Shown here one piece after another: positions 16,101-24,654 of a stretch of 64,000 nucleotides of DNA. Location: NCBI GenBank assembly GCA_964562095.1, contig CAZLSH010000001.1, positions 3,027 through 67,026 on the forward strand. The letters are read 5' to 3'. Position 1 is the first letter of the stretch, and every line of letters starts with the position of its first letter. The notes beneath the pieces were generated by a model. The model saw only the letters and a list, made by a program, of their open reading frames with translations. It ran no database searches and was not told the origin of the DNA. Origin of the DNA: an uncultured Clostridia bacterium. GTDB lineage: Bacteria > Acidobacteriota > Aminicenantia > UBA2199. The position numbers and the translations under genes are program-made.

Positions 16101-16676
16101 ATGATGGGAAACATCCTCACCTTGCCGAACATTCTCAGCCTGCTGCGCCTGCTGATGATCCCCCTGATCATCCTGCTGATGGTCCATGTCAATGACGAAT
16201 TGTTTCCCTACCTGATCGTCACCTATGTCATTGCGGTCTCCCTCGATTTTTTGGACGGTTACATCGCCAGAAAATTTTCCCAGGAAACCGAGCTCGGGCG
16301 GATCATCGATCCTCTGGCCGACAAGATCCTGGTCCTGGCCATTCTGATCACGCTGACAGCGAAGTTCGGGTTCCCCCTGTGGCTGGCGGCGTTCATCATC
16401 CTGCGCGACATCCTGATTCTTTGGGCCAGCGTATTGCTATACCAAGGCCAGCGCATCGTCAAGCGCTCGCTGGTTGTGGGCAAGGCCACCTTCGCCCTGC
16501 TGAGTTTGCTGATCTTCGTCTTTATCGTCGATCTCCACGAGGGCATCGACCTGCTCGCGGTCAAGCAGTTCCTGATCGCCCTGACCTTCTCGTTCCTGCT
16601 CTGGTCCTGGGTCGCTTATTTCCTGGTTTACCTGCAGGAGAAAAATGGGAAAAAAGAATACCATCTTGATCGTTGA
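16101..16676 (+). CDS. pgsA: CDP-diacylglycerol--glycerol-3-phosphate 3-phosphatidyltransferase (CDP-alcohol phosphatidyltransferase family)
   Basis: Conserved motif D..DG..AR....T..G...D..ADK in DFLDGYIARKFSQETELGRIIDPLADKIL. Confidence 0.8.
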   Translation: MMGNILTLPNILSLLRLLMIPLIILLMVHVNDELFPYLIVTYVIAVSLDFLDGYIARKFSQETELGRIIDPLADKILVLAILITLTAKFGFPLWLAAFIILRDILILWASVLLYQGQRIVKRSLVVGKATFALLSLLIFVFIVDLHEGIDLLAVKQFLIALTFSFLLWSWVAYFLVYLQEKNGKKEYHLDR

Positions 16677-17013
16677 CGACGAGAAAGAGATCCGCCTGCT
16701 GCTGCAGGAATTCCTGGAAAGGAACGGTTATGTCGTATGCGTCGCCGAAGACGGGCAACAGGCTCTGCAGCTGGCCGCGCAGCAGCTGCCCGACCTGGTC
16801 ATCACCGATCTGCTGCTGCCCAAGGAACATGGCATTGAAGTGATGCAGGCCATCAAGGACCGGTTCCTCCTGCCCATCATCGCCATCTCCGGCATCTACA
16901 GGAAAGAAGAGATCCAGGGCCGGATCAGCGACGTGTTCATCGACGGTTTTTTTGAAAAGCCCCTGGACCTCGACGGCATCCTGGCCTGTATCCGTTCCAT
17001 CCTCAATGGATGA
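16645..17013 (+). CDS. single-domain response regulator (CheY-like receiver)
   Basis: ILIVDDE ... phospho-acceptor D in DLVITDLLLPK; 122 aa with no output domain. Confidence 0.8.
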   Translation: MGKKNTILIVDDEKEIRLLLQEFLERNGYVVCVAEDGQQALQLAAQQLPDLVITDLLLPKEHGIEVMQAIKDRFLLPIIAISGIYRKEEIQGRISDVFIDGFFEKPLDLDGILACIRSILNG

Positions 17014-17914
17014 GCCTTTTTATTCATTCGCCACATTCCTGAAGAGCAAGTTTCCCGGGGGCAAGGTGCTGAAGATCCCCATCAATGCGGGATTTTCCTG
17101 TCCGAACCGCGACGGGACGCTGTCCAGCGCCGGCTGCGCGTTCTGCGACCCCTTTGCCGCCGGTCCCATTGCCACGGCCGGCTGGACGATCGAGGATCAG
17201 ATCACGGCTTGCGTCCGGCGCCATCCCGGGCGGAGGTTCATCGCCTATTTCCAATCGCATTGCAACACCTATGGACCGGTCATGGAACTGCGCCGCAGGT
17301 ACGAGACCGTCTTCCGTTTCCCGGAGATCGTCGGGCTGTTCGTCGGCACCCGCCCCGATGAGCTCCCGGAGCCGGTCCTGTCCCTGCTGCAGGAAACGGG
17401 GCGGCGCATTTACCTGAGCGTCGAGCTCGGCCTGCAGTCGGTTCATGAACGGAGCCTGGGCCTGCTCAACCGCAACCACACGGTCGGGCAGTTCGAAGCC
17501 GCCTTTCATGAATTGCGCCGGCGGGGCATTGATGTCGTCGTCCACCTGATTGTCGGCATTCCCAACGAAACGCGGGCGGAGATGCGCGAGACCATCGCGG
17601 TCATGAACGCCCTCAAGCCGGCCGGGATCAAGTTCCATCCGCTGCACGTGCTCCGGGGTTCGCCGCTGCAAGCCTGGCATGCCCGGGGCTCCCTGCGGCT
17701 GCTGCGGCGTGAAGAATACATCGGCATCATCTGCGACCTTCTGGAGCGCCTGGATCCGGACATCGTGGTTCATCGGCTGACGGCCGACCGGGAGAAGGAG
17801 CTGTTCATCGCCCCGCTCTGGGCGCTGGACAAGGCCGCCATCCTGGCGAACATCCGGCGGGAAATGCGGCAGCGGGGATCCCGCCAGGGTGGTCGGCGGG
17901 GGATGGCGTCTTGA
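17006..17914 (+). CDS. TIGR01212-family radical SAM protein (YhcC-like)
   Basis: Contains GFSCPNRDG and ..GCAFCD motifs. Start taken at MDEPFYSF, overlapping the REC gene stop. Confidence 0.75.
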   Translation: MDEPFYSFATFLKSKFPGGKVLKIPINAGFSCPNRDGTLSSAGCAFCDPFAAGPIATAGWTIEDQITACVRRHPGRRFIAYFQSHCNTYGPVMELRRRYETVFRFPEIVGLFVGTRPDELPEPVLSLLQETGRRIYLSVELGLQSVHERSLGLLNRNHTVGQFEAAFHELRRRGIDVVVHLIVGIPNETRAEMRETIAVMNALKPAGIKFHPLHVLRGSPLQAWHARGSLRLLRREEYIGIICDLLERLDPDIVVHRLTADREKELFIAPLWALDKAAILANIRREMRQRGSRQGGRRGMAS

Positions 17915-17925
17915 CAAGCGCGGCG

Positions 17926-17955
17926 TTGACAAAAAGATGCCGATAATGTAAAAAT
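17926..17955 (+). promoter_or_regulatory. sigma70-like promoter (TTGACA-17-TAAAAAT)
   Basis: TTGACA at 17926-17931, 17-nt spacer, TAAAAAT at 17949-17955, upstream of the J-domain gene. Confidence 0.4.
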
Positions 17956-17958
17956 GAA

Positions 17959-19410
17959 GTGTCTGGAAACGGGGGACCGATGGGAAAGAGAGTGATTGAG
18001 TCGCCGATCCCTTTCGTGCTGCGCAAAGTCTTCATCGAGAAGATCACCGGCGAATTGACCATCAGGGGCGAGAACTTCGAAAAGAGCCTGTTTTTCAGAC
18101 AGGGCGATCTTTGTTTCGCCAAGACCAACGTCCTGCATGAGCGCCTGGGCGAGGTGCTGTTCAAGATCGGGAAAATCGACAAGACCCAGTTCTGGGATAT
18201 TCACAAGCTGATTTCGGGCCAGAAAGAGCGGATCGGCCGGGTTCTGGTGCTGAACAATTTCATCAGCCAGAAGGACTTGTTCTACGGGCTGATCTATCAG
18301 GTGCGCGTGATCGCTCTCTCCACCTTCTCCCTGACCAGCGGCGAATGGGAATTTTCACCGGTGCTGCCCGAGCTTCCCGAGGACTCGTGCTTCAAGATCG
18401 AATTGCCCGGAATTTTCGTCGAGGGCGTGCCGCGCTTCAAGAGCCTGCCCCTGTTCCGCAACAATTTTTCCAAGCGTTCCCTGCAGACCAAACCCGTCTC
18501 GGCCGAAACCGAAAGTTTCCTCAAGGCGGAGGACGTGGATGTATACAAGGCTTTGAGTTCTCGATCCGGAGTGCCGGTCGAACAGGCGGCGCAGGAGCTG
18601 GGCCTTGCCGACGAGGTCTTTTGGCAGAAGCTGGCCCTCTTTTTCCTTTTGAATATCATGGAATTCGTCGCCCCCCCCGCCCAGCGCGCTCCGAGCAAGG
18701 AACAAGAGGCGCTGTTGGCGCTGTATGAAAGCATGAAGACCAGGGACCTGGATTATTACGAATTGTTTGAGTTGAACAGCAGCGCCACGGCCAACCAGAT
18801 CAAGGAGACGTATTACCAATACGCGAAAAAATTCCACCCTGACCGTCTGGGCGAAACGTCGAATCCCGAGCTGAGAGAGAAAGCCAACTTTGTTTTTGCC
18901 AGGATCAACAAGGCCTTCGAGGTTCTCAGCGATGAGGAGAAAAGGCGGGAATACGACATGAAGGGCTACAAGGAGATCCAAAAAGCCGAGAAAACGACCG
19001 AGAACCTCGTCGAAAAGGCAAACCTGTATTATCGCAAGGCCAAAACCCTTTATTCCCAGCAGCGCTACAGGGAGACGGCCAGCCTGATGGAAGAATCGAT
19101 CCGCAACGATGCCAACAAGGCGTCATATTATCTCCTGCTGGGTTTGGCCCAATCCAATATCCCCAATCTGCGGCGCGTGGCCGAGAAAAATTTCCAAAAA
19201 GTCATTGAGCTGGAGCCCTGGAACCCGGAGCCATATGCCGCCCTCGGCCTGTTGTTCCAGTATGAGAAGATGGAACGGCGGGCGGTGAATTTTTTCAAAA
19301 AAGCGCTGGCGATCGATCCGGAGCATGAACTGGCCAAAAAGCGGCTCGCCGAAATGCTGGGCACCGGGAAGAAGCCGTCGGTCCTCTCGATCTTCCAAAA
19401 AAAGAAATAG
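17959..19410 (+). CDS. DUF4388-like / J-domain (DnaJ) / TPR-repeat protein
   Basis: J-domain with YYQYAKKFHPDR (HPD motif) in the centre and TPR-like repeats in the C-terminus. Confidence 0.7.
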   Translation: MSGNGGPMGKRVIESPIPFVLRKVFIEKITGELTIRGENFEKSLFFRQGDLCFAKTNVLHERLGEVLFKIGKIDKTQFWDIHKLISGQKERIGRVLVLNNFISQKDLFYGLIYQVRVIALSTFSLTSGEWEFSPVLPELPEDSCFKIELPGIFVEGVPRFKSLPLFRNNFSKRSLQTKPVSAETESFLKAEDVDVYKALSSRSGVPVEQAAQELGLADEVFWQKLALFFLLNIMEFVAPPAQRAPSKEQEALLALYESMKTRDLDYYELFELNSSATANQIKETYYQYAKKFHPDRLGETSNPELREKANFVFARINKAFEVLSDEEKRREYDMKGYKEIQKAEKTTENLVEKANLYYRKAKTLYSQQRYRETASLMEESIRNDANKASYYLLLGLAQSNIPNLRRVAEKNFQKVIELEPWNPEPYAALGLLFQYEKMERRAVNFFKKALAIDPEHELAKKRLAEMLGTGKKPSVLSIFQKKK

Positions 19411-19450
19411 TCCGCCCCCCACTACATTTTGTGTTTAAAAAAAAACAATA

Positions 19451-19478
19451 TTGACATTTAGCGTTTTTAGGGTAAGAT
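19451..19478 (+). promoter_or_regulatory. sigma70-like promoter of glgA (TTGACA-16-TAAGAT)
   Basis: TTGACA at 19451-19456, TAAGAT at 19473-19478, strong RBS GAGGAGG upstream of the GTG start. Confidence 0.45.
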
Positions 19479-19520
19479 AGCAAAGTTGTCCATCATGAGC
19501 GAGGAGGCGGAGGGGGCTGC

Positions 19521-20975
19521 GTGAAAATTCTGTATTTGTCTTCCGAAGCGGTGCCGTTCGCCAAGACCGGCGGCTTGGGAGACGTGGCGGGCGCCCTGCC
19601 GCGGGTTCTGGCGGCCAGCGAAAAAGTCACGTTGCTGATGCCCGGTTACCCGACGGAAGGGATCCGGCGATCCCGGGCCGATGTCGTTGATGCATTTTCC
19701 TTGCGCATCGGGGCTGAAACCCATGATGCGGTCATAAAGAAAACCACTGTTTCCGCCAACTATTCCGTCTGTTTCGTTCATAATGACCGCTTTTTTGATC
19801 GAAATGGGATTTACGGCGACGATGCGGGCGACTATCCCGACAATTTCACCCGTTTCCTGTTTTTTCAAAGAGCCGCCCTGGAATATGCACGCCGGAACGA
19901 CCTGCGTTTTGACATCGTTCATGGCAACGACTGGCAGACCGCCCTGGTCCCCCTGCTCATGCGCACCGATCCCTTCGCGGCGCATTTCGCCGGTACAAGA
20001 ACGGTTTTCACCATCCACAACCTGGGTTACCAGGGAATATTTCCGGCCGCGGCCTTCGCAGAAACAGCCCTGCCGGCATTTCTCTTTTCCCCCGAGCATC
20101 TCGAGTTTTACGGCGATCTGAACTGCATGAAATCGGGCATCATTTTTTCCGACCGGCTGCTCACAGTCAGCCCAACCTACGCCCGCGAGATCGTTTCCCC
20201 CGATCAGGGCTTCGGTTTGGACGGGCTGTTGGCCAAGTATGCCCACAAGCTGAGCGGCATTCTCAACGGCGTCGATTACAGCCAGTGGGACCCGCAGGAC
20301 GATCCCTTCATTGTCCAGCGCTATTCCCTGCGATCGCTGCCGGAAAAAGCCAAGAACAAGGCGGCGCTCTTCGCCGAGCTCGGCATGGCCGGCAAGAGCC
20401 ACTCCCCGCTGATGATCATGATATCGAGGATATCGCAGCAGAAAGGGGTGGAGTCGCTGCTCCGGCTGCTGCCGCTGCTTTTGCAGGAGGAAGTATATTT
20501 CGTATTTCTCGGCAAGGGCGACCGTTCCTTGACCGCGGAGATCGCCAACCTGGCGGGGCGTTTTCCCCAGCGCCTGAAATTCTTGAATGCCTTCGACGAA
20601 GCCATGGCCCATCGCCTGCAAGCGGCGGGCGATCTCCTGCTGATGCCTTCGGTATATGAGCCTTGCGGGCTGAACCAGATGTATGGCTTGCGCTACGGTA
20701 CGGTCCCCGTCGTGCGGGCTACCGGCGGCCTGGATGATTCGATCCAGGAATTCGATCCGGCAACAATGAGCGGAACGGGCTTCAAATTCAGGGGCAACGA
20801 TAGCGCGGCGATCCTGGCGGTGATCCGCAACGCTTTGCGCCTGTTCCGCGATCAGCGCCTTTGGAGCACGATCCAGAAAAACGGCATGGCCATGGATTTT
20901 TCATGGAAACGCGCCGCGGCAAGCCACTTGACTCTCTATAAGAATATATTAGCGGAGGATGCTCAGCATGTCTGA
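19521..20975 (+). CDS. glgA: glycogen synthase (ADP-glucose type, GT5)
   Basis: N-terminal KILYLSSEAVPFAKTGGLGDVAGALP is the signature GlgA motif; 484 aa. Confidence 0.9.
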   Translation: MKILYLSSEAVPFAKTGGLGDVAGALPRVLAASEKVTLLMPGYPTEGIRRSRADVVDAFSLRIGAETHDAVIKKTTVSANYSVCFVHNDRFFDRNGIYGDDAGDYPDNFTRFLFFQRAALEYARRNDLRFDIVHGNDWQTALVPLLMRTDPFAAHFAGTRTVFTIHNLGYQGIFPAAAFAETALPAFLFSPEHLEFYGDLNCMKSGIIFSDRLLTVSPTYAREIVSPDQGFGLDGLLAKYAHKLSGILNGVDYSQWDPQDDPFIVQRYSLRSLPEKAKNKAALFAELGMAGKSHSPLMIMISRISQQKGVESLLRLLPLLLQEEVYFVFLGKGDRSLTAEIANLAGRFPQRLKFLNAFDEAMAHRLQAAGDLLLMPSVYEPCGLNQMYGLRYGTVPVVRATGGLDDSIQEFDPATMSGTGFKFRGNDSAAILAVIRNALRLFRDQRLWSTIQKNGMAMDFSWKRAAASHLTLYKNILAEDAQHV

Positions 20976-21288
20976 AATCATTTCGGCCAATGACGGGAAT
21001 TTTGAAAGCTTCATCCAGGGACATCCCATGGTGATCGTCGACTTCTGGGCGCCGACCTGCATGCCCTGCCGGCTGATGGAGCCGGGACTGGAAAAGATTG
21101 CCGCCAGTCACGCGGAGAAAGTCAAGGTCTTGAAGGTCAATGTCAACGAGAACCCCAAGACCTCTTCGCGCTTTTTCGTGCGCTCCCTGCCCACCCTGCT
21201 GTTCATAAAGGACGGCCGGGTCCGGACGCAGATCGTCGGCGCCGTCAACCCCGTGCAGATCGAAAAGACCCTTAACGAGGTCGGCTGA
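20959..21288 (+). CDS. thioredoxin with non-canonical CMPC active site
   Basis: Thioredoxin fold with active site FWAPTCMPC replacing canonical WCGPC; 109 aa. Confidence 0.8.
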   Translation: MLSMSEIISANDGNFESFIQGHPMVIVDFWAPTCMPCRLMEPGLEKIAASHAEKVKVLKVNVNENPKTSSRFFVRSLPTLLFIKDGRVRTQIVGAVNPVQIEKTLNEVG

Positions 21289-22211
21289 TGGAGAAGAGCT
21301 GGGATGTGATCATCGTGGGCGGGGGCCCGGCGGGTCTTGCCGCGGCGATTTACTGCGGCCGGGCCTTGCGGAAGACCCTGGTCCTGGAGAAAAAGGTTTT
21401 CGGCGGCCAGATCGTTTTTTCCGACATCATCGAGAACTATCCCGGTTTCGCCGAGCCGATCGTCCCCGCCGACCTGATGGAACAAATGACCCGGCAATGC
21501 GAGCGTTACGGGGTCGTGCTGGAGAATGACGAGGTTTTGGGGCTGACCCGCGAAGGGGAGAACTGGAGAGCGGACGTCTACCAGAACGCCTATACGGCGA
21601 AGGCGATCCTGTACGCCGCCGGTTCGGCGCATCGCTTCCTCGGCGTTCCCGGCGAGCAGAAACTGCTGGGGCGCGGTGTATCGGTCTGCGCCACCTGCGA
21701 TGCCCCCTTTTTCCAGGGCAAGAAGGTCGCCGTCCTGGGCGGCGGCGATACGGCCCTCTATGAGGCTCTGCACCTGGCGAAATTCGCCTCCGAAGTCACC
21801 CTGATCCATCGCCGCGACCAGTTTCGCGCCGAGAGGATCCTCCAGGAACGGGTGTTCAAGAACGAGCGGATCAAGGTGCTTTGGGATTCCGAGGTCCAGG
21901 GCTTCCTGGGCGAGCAGAAGCTCGAGGCACTGGAGGTGCGCAATAAAAAGACGGACCGCGTGGAGCCCATGGCCTGCGACGGGGCCTTCCTGGCCATCGG
22001 CACCATCCCCAACACCGGCTTGCTGAAAGGCCTGGTGCAACTCGACGAGAACGGCTACGTCGTGACCGACATCTCCCTGCGCACCGAAGCCAAGGGCCTG
22101 TTTGTTTCCGGAGAGGTCATCAAGGGCAACCGCCGCCAGGTCGCCATCTCGGTGGGCATGGGCGTGCAGGCCGCGCTCAATTGCGAAGAGTACCTCTCTT
22201 CCCTGGATTGA
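21288..22211 (+). CDS. trxB: thioredoxin-disulfide reductase
   Basis: FAD motif IVGGGPAGLAAA, redox CATC (CATCDAPFF), NADPH motif GGGDTA. Confidence 0.9.
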   Translation: MEKSWDVIIVGGGPAGLAAAIYCGRALRKTLVLEKKVFGGQIVFSDIIENYPGFAEPIVPADLMEQMTRQCERYGVVLENDEVLGLTREGENWRADVYQNAYTAKAILYAAGSAHRFLGVPGEQKLLGRGVSVCATCDAPFFQGKKVAVLGGGDTALYEALHLAKFASEVTLIHRRDQFRAERILQERVFKNERIKVLWDSEVQGFLGEQKLEALEVRNKKTDRVEPMACDGAFLAIGTIPNTGLLKGLVQLDENGYVVTDISLRTEAKGLFVSGEVIKGNRRQVAISVGMGVQAALNCEEYLSSLD

Positions 22212-22271
22212 CCGCCGGCGGCCCGCCGAGCGTGACGCGGCGGGCTTTCCTCGTTGTTGCGGGAGGCACAA

Positions 22272-23279
22272 ATGATCAAGGCGCTCCTTGGCGAAACGGC
22301 GGAGAACCGCTGCGTGGTCTGCCGCCTGTGCGCCCACGAATGCCGGATCGCTGAAGGCAAAACCGGGATCTGCCGCGTGCGCAGGAACGTGGGCGGCGAA
22401 TTGTTCTCCCTCAATTCCGACCGGGTTGTCGCGGCCCATATCGATCCGATCGAGAAGAAACCGCTGTACCATTTCCTGCCCGGTTCGCGCTCCTTCTCCG
22501 TCGCGGCCATGGGCTGCAATTTTTCCTGCCGTTTCTGCCAGAATCACGCCATTTCCATGGTGGCTGACGATACGGCGATCCAGGGCGACGCCGTTGCTCC
22601 GGAACAGCTGGTGGCGCTGGCCAAAAAGCACGACGCCGGGTCGATTGCCTATACCTATACCGAGCCGACGGTGTTTTTTGAGCTCGTCCTGGAAACGGCG
22701 CGGCTGGCCCGCGCCGCCGGAATCCGCAACGTCCTGATCAGCAACGGCTACATGACGTCCAGGGCCCTGGCGCTGCTGGGGCCGTTTCTGGACGGGGCCA
22801 ACATCGATCTGAAAGCGTTCAGCGACGATTTTTACAGGAAATACTGTTCCGCCCGGCTGCAACCCGTTCTGGAGACGATCGCCGGGATGAAGGCCATGGG
22901 CATTTGGCTCGAGGTCACCACGCTGCTGATCCCGGGGTTGAATGACGAACCGCGGCAGATCGCGGAGCTGGTCGGTTTTTTGCGCCATCTGGATCGCGAT
23001 ATCCCCTGGCATGTTTCCCGTTTTTTCCCTCAATACCGCATGGAGGACATCCCGCCCACGGAAGCGGAATCGATCGACCGTTGCCTGCGCCTGGCCGAAG
23101 ATGGCGGGCTGCATTTTCCCTACGGCGGCAATTTGCCCGACTCGCGCTGGAGCCACACGCTCTGTCCGCAATGCCGCGGAATGCTGATCGAACGGTCGGG
23201 ATACCATGCCCGGATCGTCGGGCTGCAGGAAGGTGGGTGCCGGGCATGCGGCGCCGCCGTGGCCGGCGTCTGGAGCTGA
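22272..23279 (+). CDS. AmmeMemoRadiSam-system-type radical SAM enzyme (PFL-activase-like)
   Basis: N-terminal C..C..C...C cluster (CVVCRLCAHEC) followed by a radical SAM core (GCNFSCRFCQN); this architecture matches the AmmeMemoRadiSam radical SAM family. Confidence 0.65.
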   Translation: MIKALLGETAENRCVVCRLCAHECRIAEGKTGICRVRRNVGGELFSLNSDRVVAAHIDPIEKKPLYHFLPGSRSFSVAAMGCNFSCRFCQNHAISMVADDTAIQGDAVAPEQLVALAKKHDAGSIAYTYTEPTVFFELVLETARLARAAGIRNVLISNGYMTSRALALLGPFLDGANIDLKAFSDDFYRKYCSARLQPVLETIAGMKAMGIWLEVTTLLIPGLNDEPRQIAELVGFLRHLDRDIPWHVSRFFPQYRMEDIPPTEAESIDRCLRLAEDGGLHFPYGGNLPDSRWSHTLCPQCRGMLIERSGYHARIVGLQEGGCRACGAAVAGVWS

Positions 23280-23303
23280 TCCGCGGTCACGGCAGCGCTT
23301 GTG

Positions 23304-23332
23304 TTGACAAAAATAAAACCTTGGACTATTTT
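23304..23332 (+). promoter_or_regulatory. sigma70-like promoter (TTGACA-17-TATTTT)
   Basis: TTGACA at 23304-23309, immediately upstream of the hypothetical membrane protein gene. Confidence 0.35.
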
Positions 23333-23348
23333 GTCTCCGGAGAACAAC

Positions 23349-24629
23349 ATGCCAGAAAACAAATCCCCGGAAACGAATGCCAACCTGGTTCCCCCGGTCC
23401 CAGACCCGGCGCCGGACGGCGCAGGGGACATCCCGGAGCCGCCGCTGAACCTTCCGCCGGAGGCCTTGGTGCAGGAAGCCGTCCCCGTTGAATCGGCCGT
23501 CCCGTCGGCGAAAACGGAGGGGACGCGGCCGCTGCCGGTCGCCAAGCCCGCTTTGCCGAAAAGCCTGTGGTGGCTGGCCGCGGCGGTCCTGGCGCTGTTG
23601 GCCGTGCTGCTCATCGTGGCCATCGGGAGCGGGAGGAAACGGGAACCGGAAAACCCTGCTGTTCAAAGCGCGGAAAAGACCGGGGACCTGAGCAACTATA
23701 CCGCCTTCATCGCCAAAAACAAGGGGCTCATCGAGAAGAAGCCTTCGGAGCTGGTATTGACGGCCGAGCCCTTTGCCGGCGAAGCGCCCCTGGCGGTCCA
23801 TGAGAACGGTCCGCTTTCCTCACCGGCCGCCGATCCCGAGCTGGCGGCCTTGGCCGAAGCGCTGATGCAGCGGGTGCGGATCATGCATGGTTTCCGGGAT
23901 GCCGAGGCCAAAGGGCAGGTCATGCGCTCCATCAAGGGGGAATACCGGGGGTTCCGCGTGAGCGCCCTGGAAAAGAGGGTGAACGGTGCCGCGGTCCATT
24001 CCGAGATCACCTTGTACACGCCGAACAAAGGGACGGTGCGCACGGTGAATCGCGTCCTGCAGCAGCTGGACCGGACCGATCTGAACGGCGTGCTCGCCGA
24101 TGTCCGAGCCGCCAACCTGGGATATGCTCCTCTGGCGGCGAACGGCGATGTGGTTCGCGTCCATTTGCGTCCCCTCGGCCCCTGGGGAAAGCCCGTAGCC
24201 GCAGAATGGCTGATCGCGGCCAAAGCGGTGGGTGCGGTCGATCTGGGCATGCCGGTCGACCGGATCAAGGACAACCTGGCTCCCTCCGCTCAGGTCTTGA
24301 AAAGGAAGATCCTGGTCAATGACGCATATTACGATGTCTACAAGGCGACCGATGCCAGCGGCGAGCCGCTGTTCTATGCCTATGAGAAAGCGGGAAGGGT
24401 CTGGGGAATCTCCGTGGTCAGCCCCGCCTTCAAGACCGAAAGCGGCATCGGCATCGGCAGCTCACTGGACCAGATGCGCATCAACTATCCCGAGGTCCGG
24501 CTGGCCCACTCGGGGAAAAAGACGCCGTTCGCCCGGGTGCAGGGCATCGACGGCATCTTCATCTTCCAGAGCGATACCCGGCAGGAGATCGTTGCCATTC
24601 TGATCGGAGAATCTCCGGAATTCGAGTGA
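23349..24629 (+). CDS. hypothetical membrane-anchored periplasmic protein with Pro-rich N-terminus
   Basis: Pro-rich N-terminal region, a single TM segment (WWLAAAVLALLAVLLIVAIG), and a large extracytoplasmic domain with no recognisable motif. Confidence 0.45.
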   Translation: MPENKSPETNANLVPPVPDPAPDGAGDIPEPPLNLPPEALVQEAVPVESAVPSAKTEGTRPLPVAKPALPKSLWWLAAAVLALLAVLLIVAIGSGRKREPENPAVQSAEKTGDLSNYTAFIAKNKGLIEKKPSELVLTAEPFAGEAPLAVHENGPLSSPAADPELAALAEALMQRVRIMHGFRDAEAKGQVMRSIKGEYRGFRVSALEKRVNGAAVHSEITLYTPNKGTVRTVNRVLQQLDRTDLNGVLADVRAANLGYAPLAANGDVVRVHLRPLGPWGKPVAAEWLIAAKAVGAVDLGMPVDRIKDNLAPSAQVLKRKILVNDAYYDVYKATDASGEPLFYAYEKAGRVWGISVVSPAFKTESGIGIGSSLDQMRINYPEVRLAHSGKKTPFARVQGIDGIFIFQSDTRQEIVAILIGESPEFE

Positions 24630-24654
24630 TTTTTCCCGGCGGCGGCTCCGGCCG

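Noticed and set aside
14793-16187. 464-aa minus-strand ORF
   Set aside because: Antisense to the DUF4097 gene and the start of pgsA. Composition is biased (D/G/Q/H/R rich) with no motifs. It is a GC-rich frame artefact.
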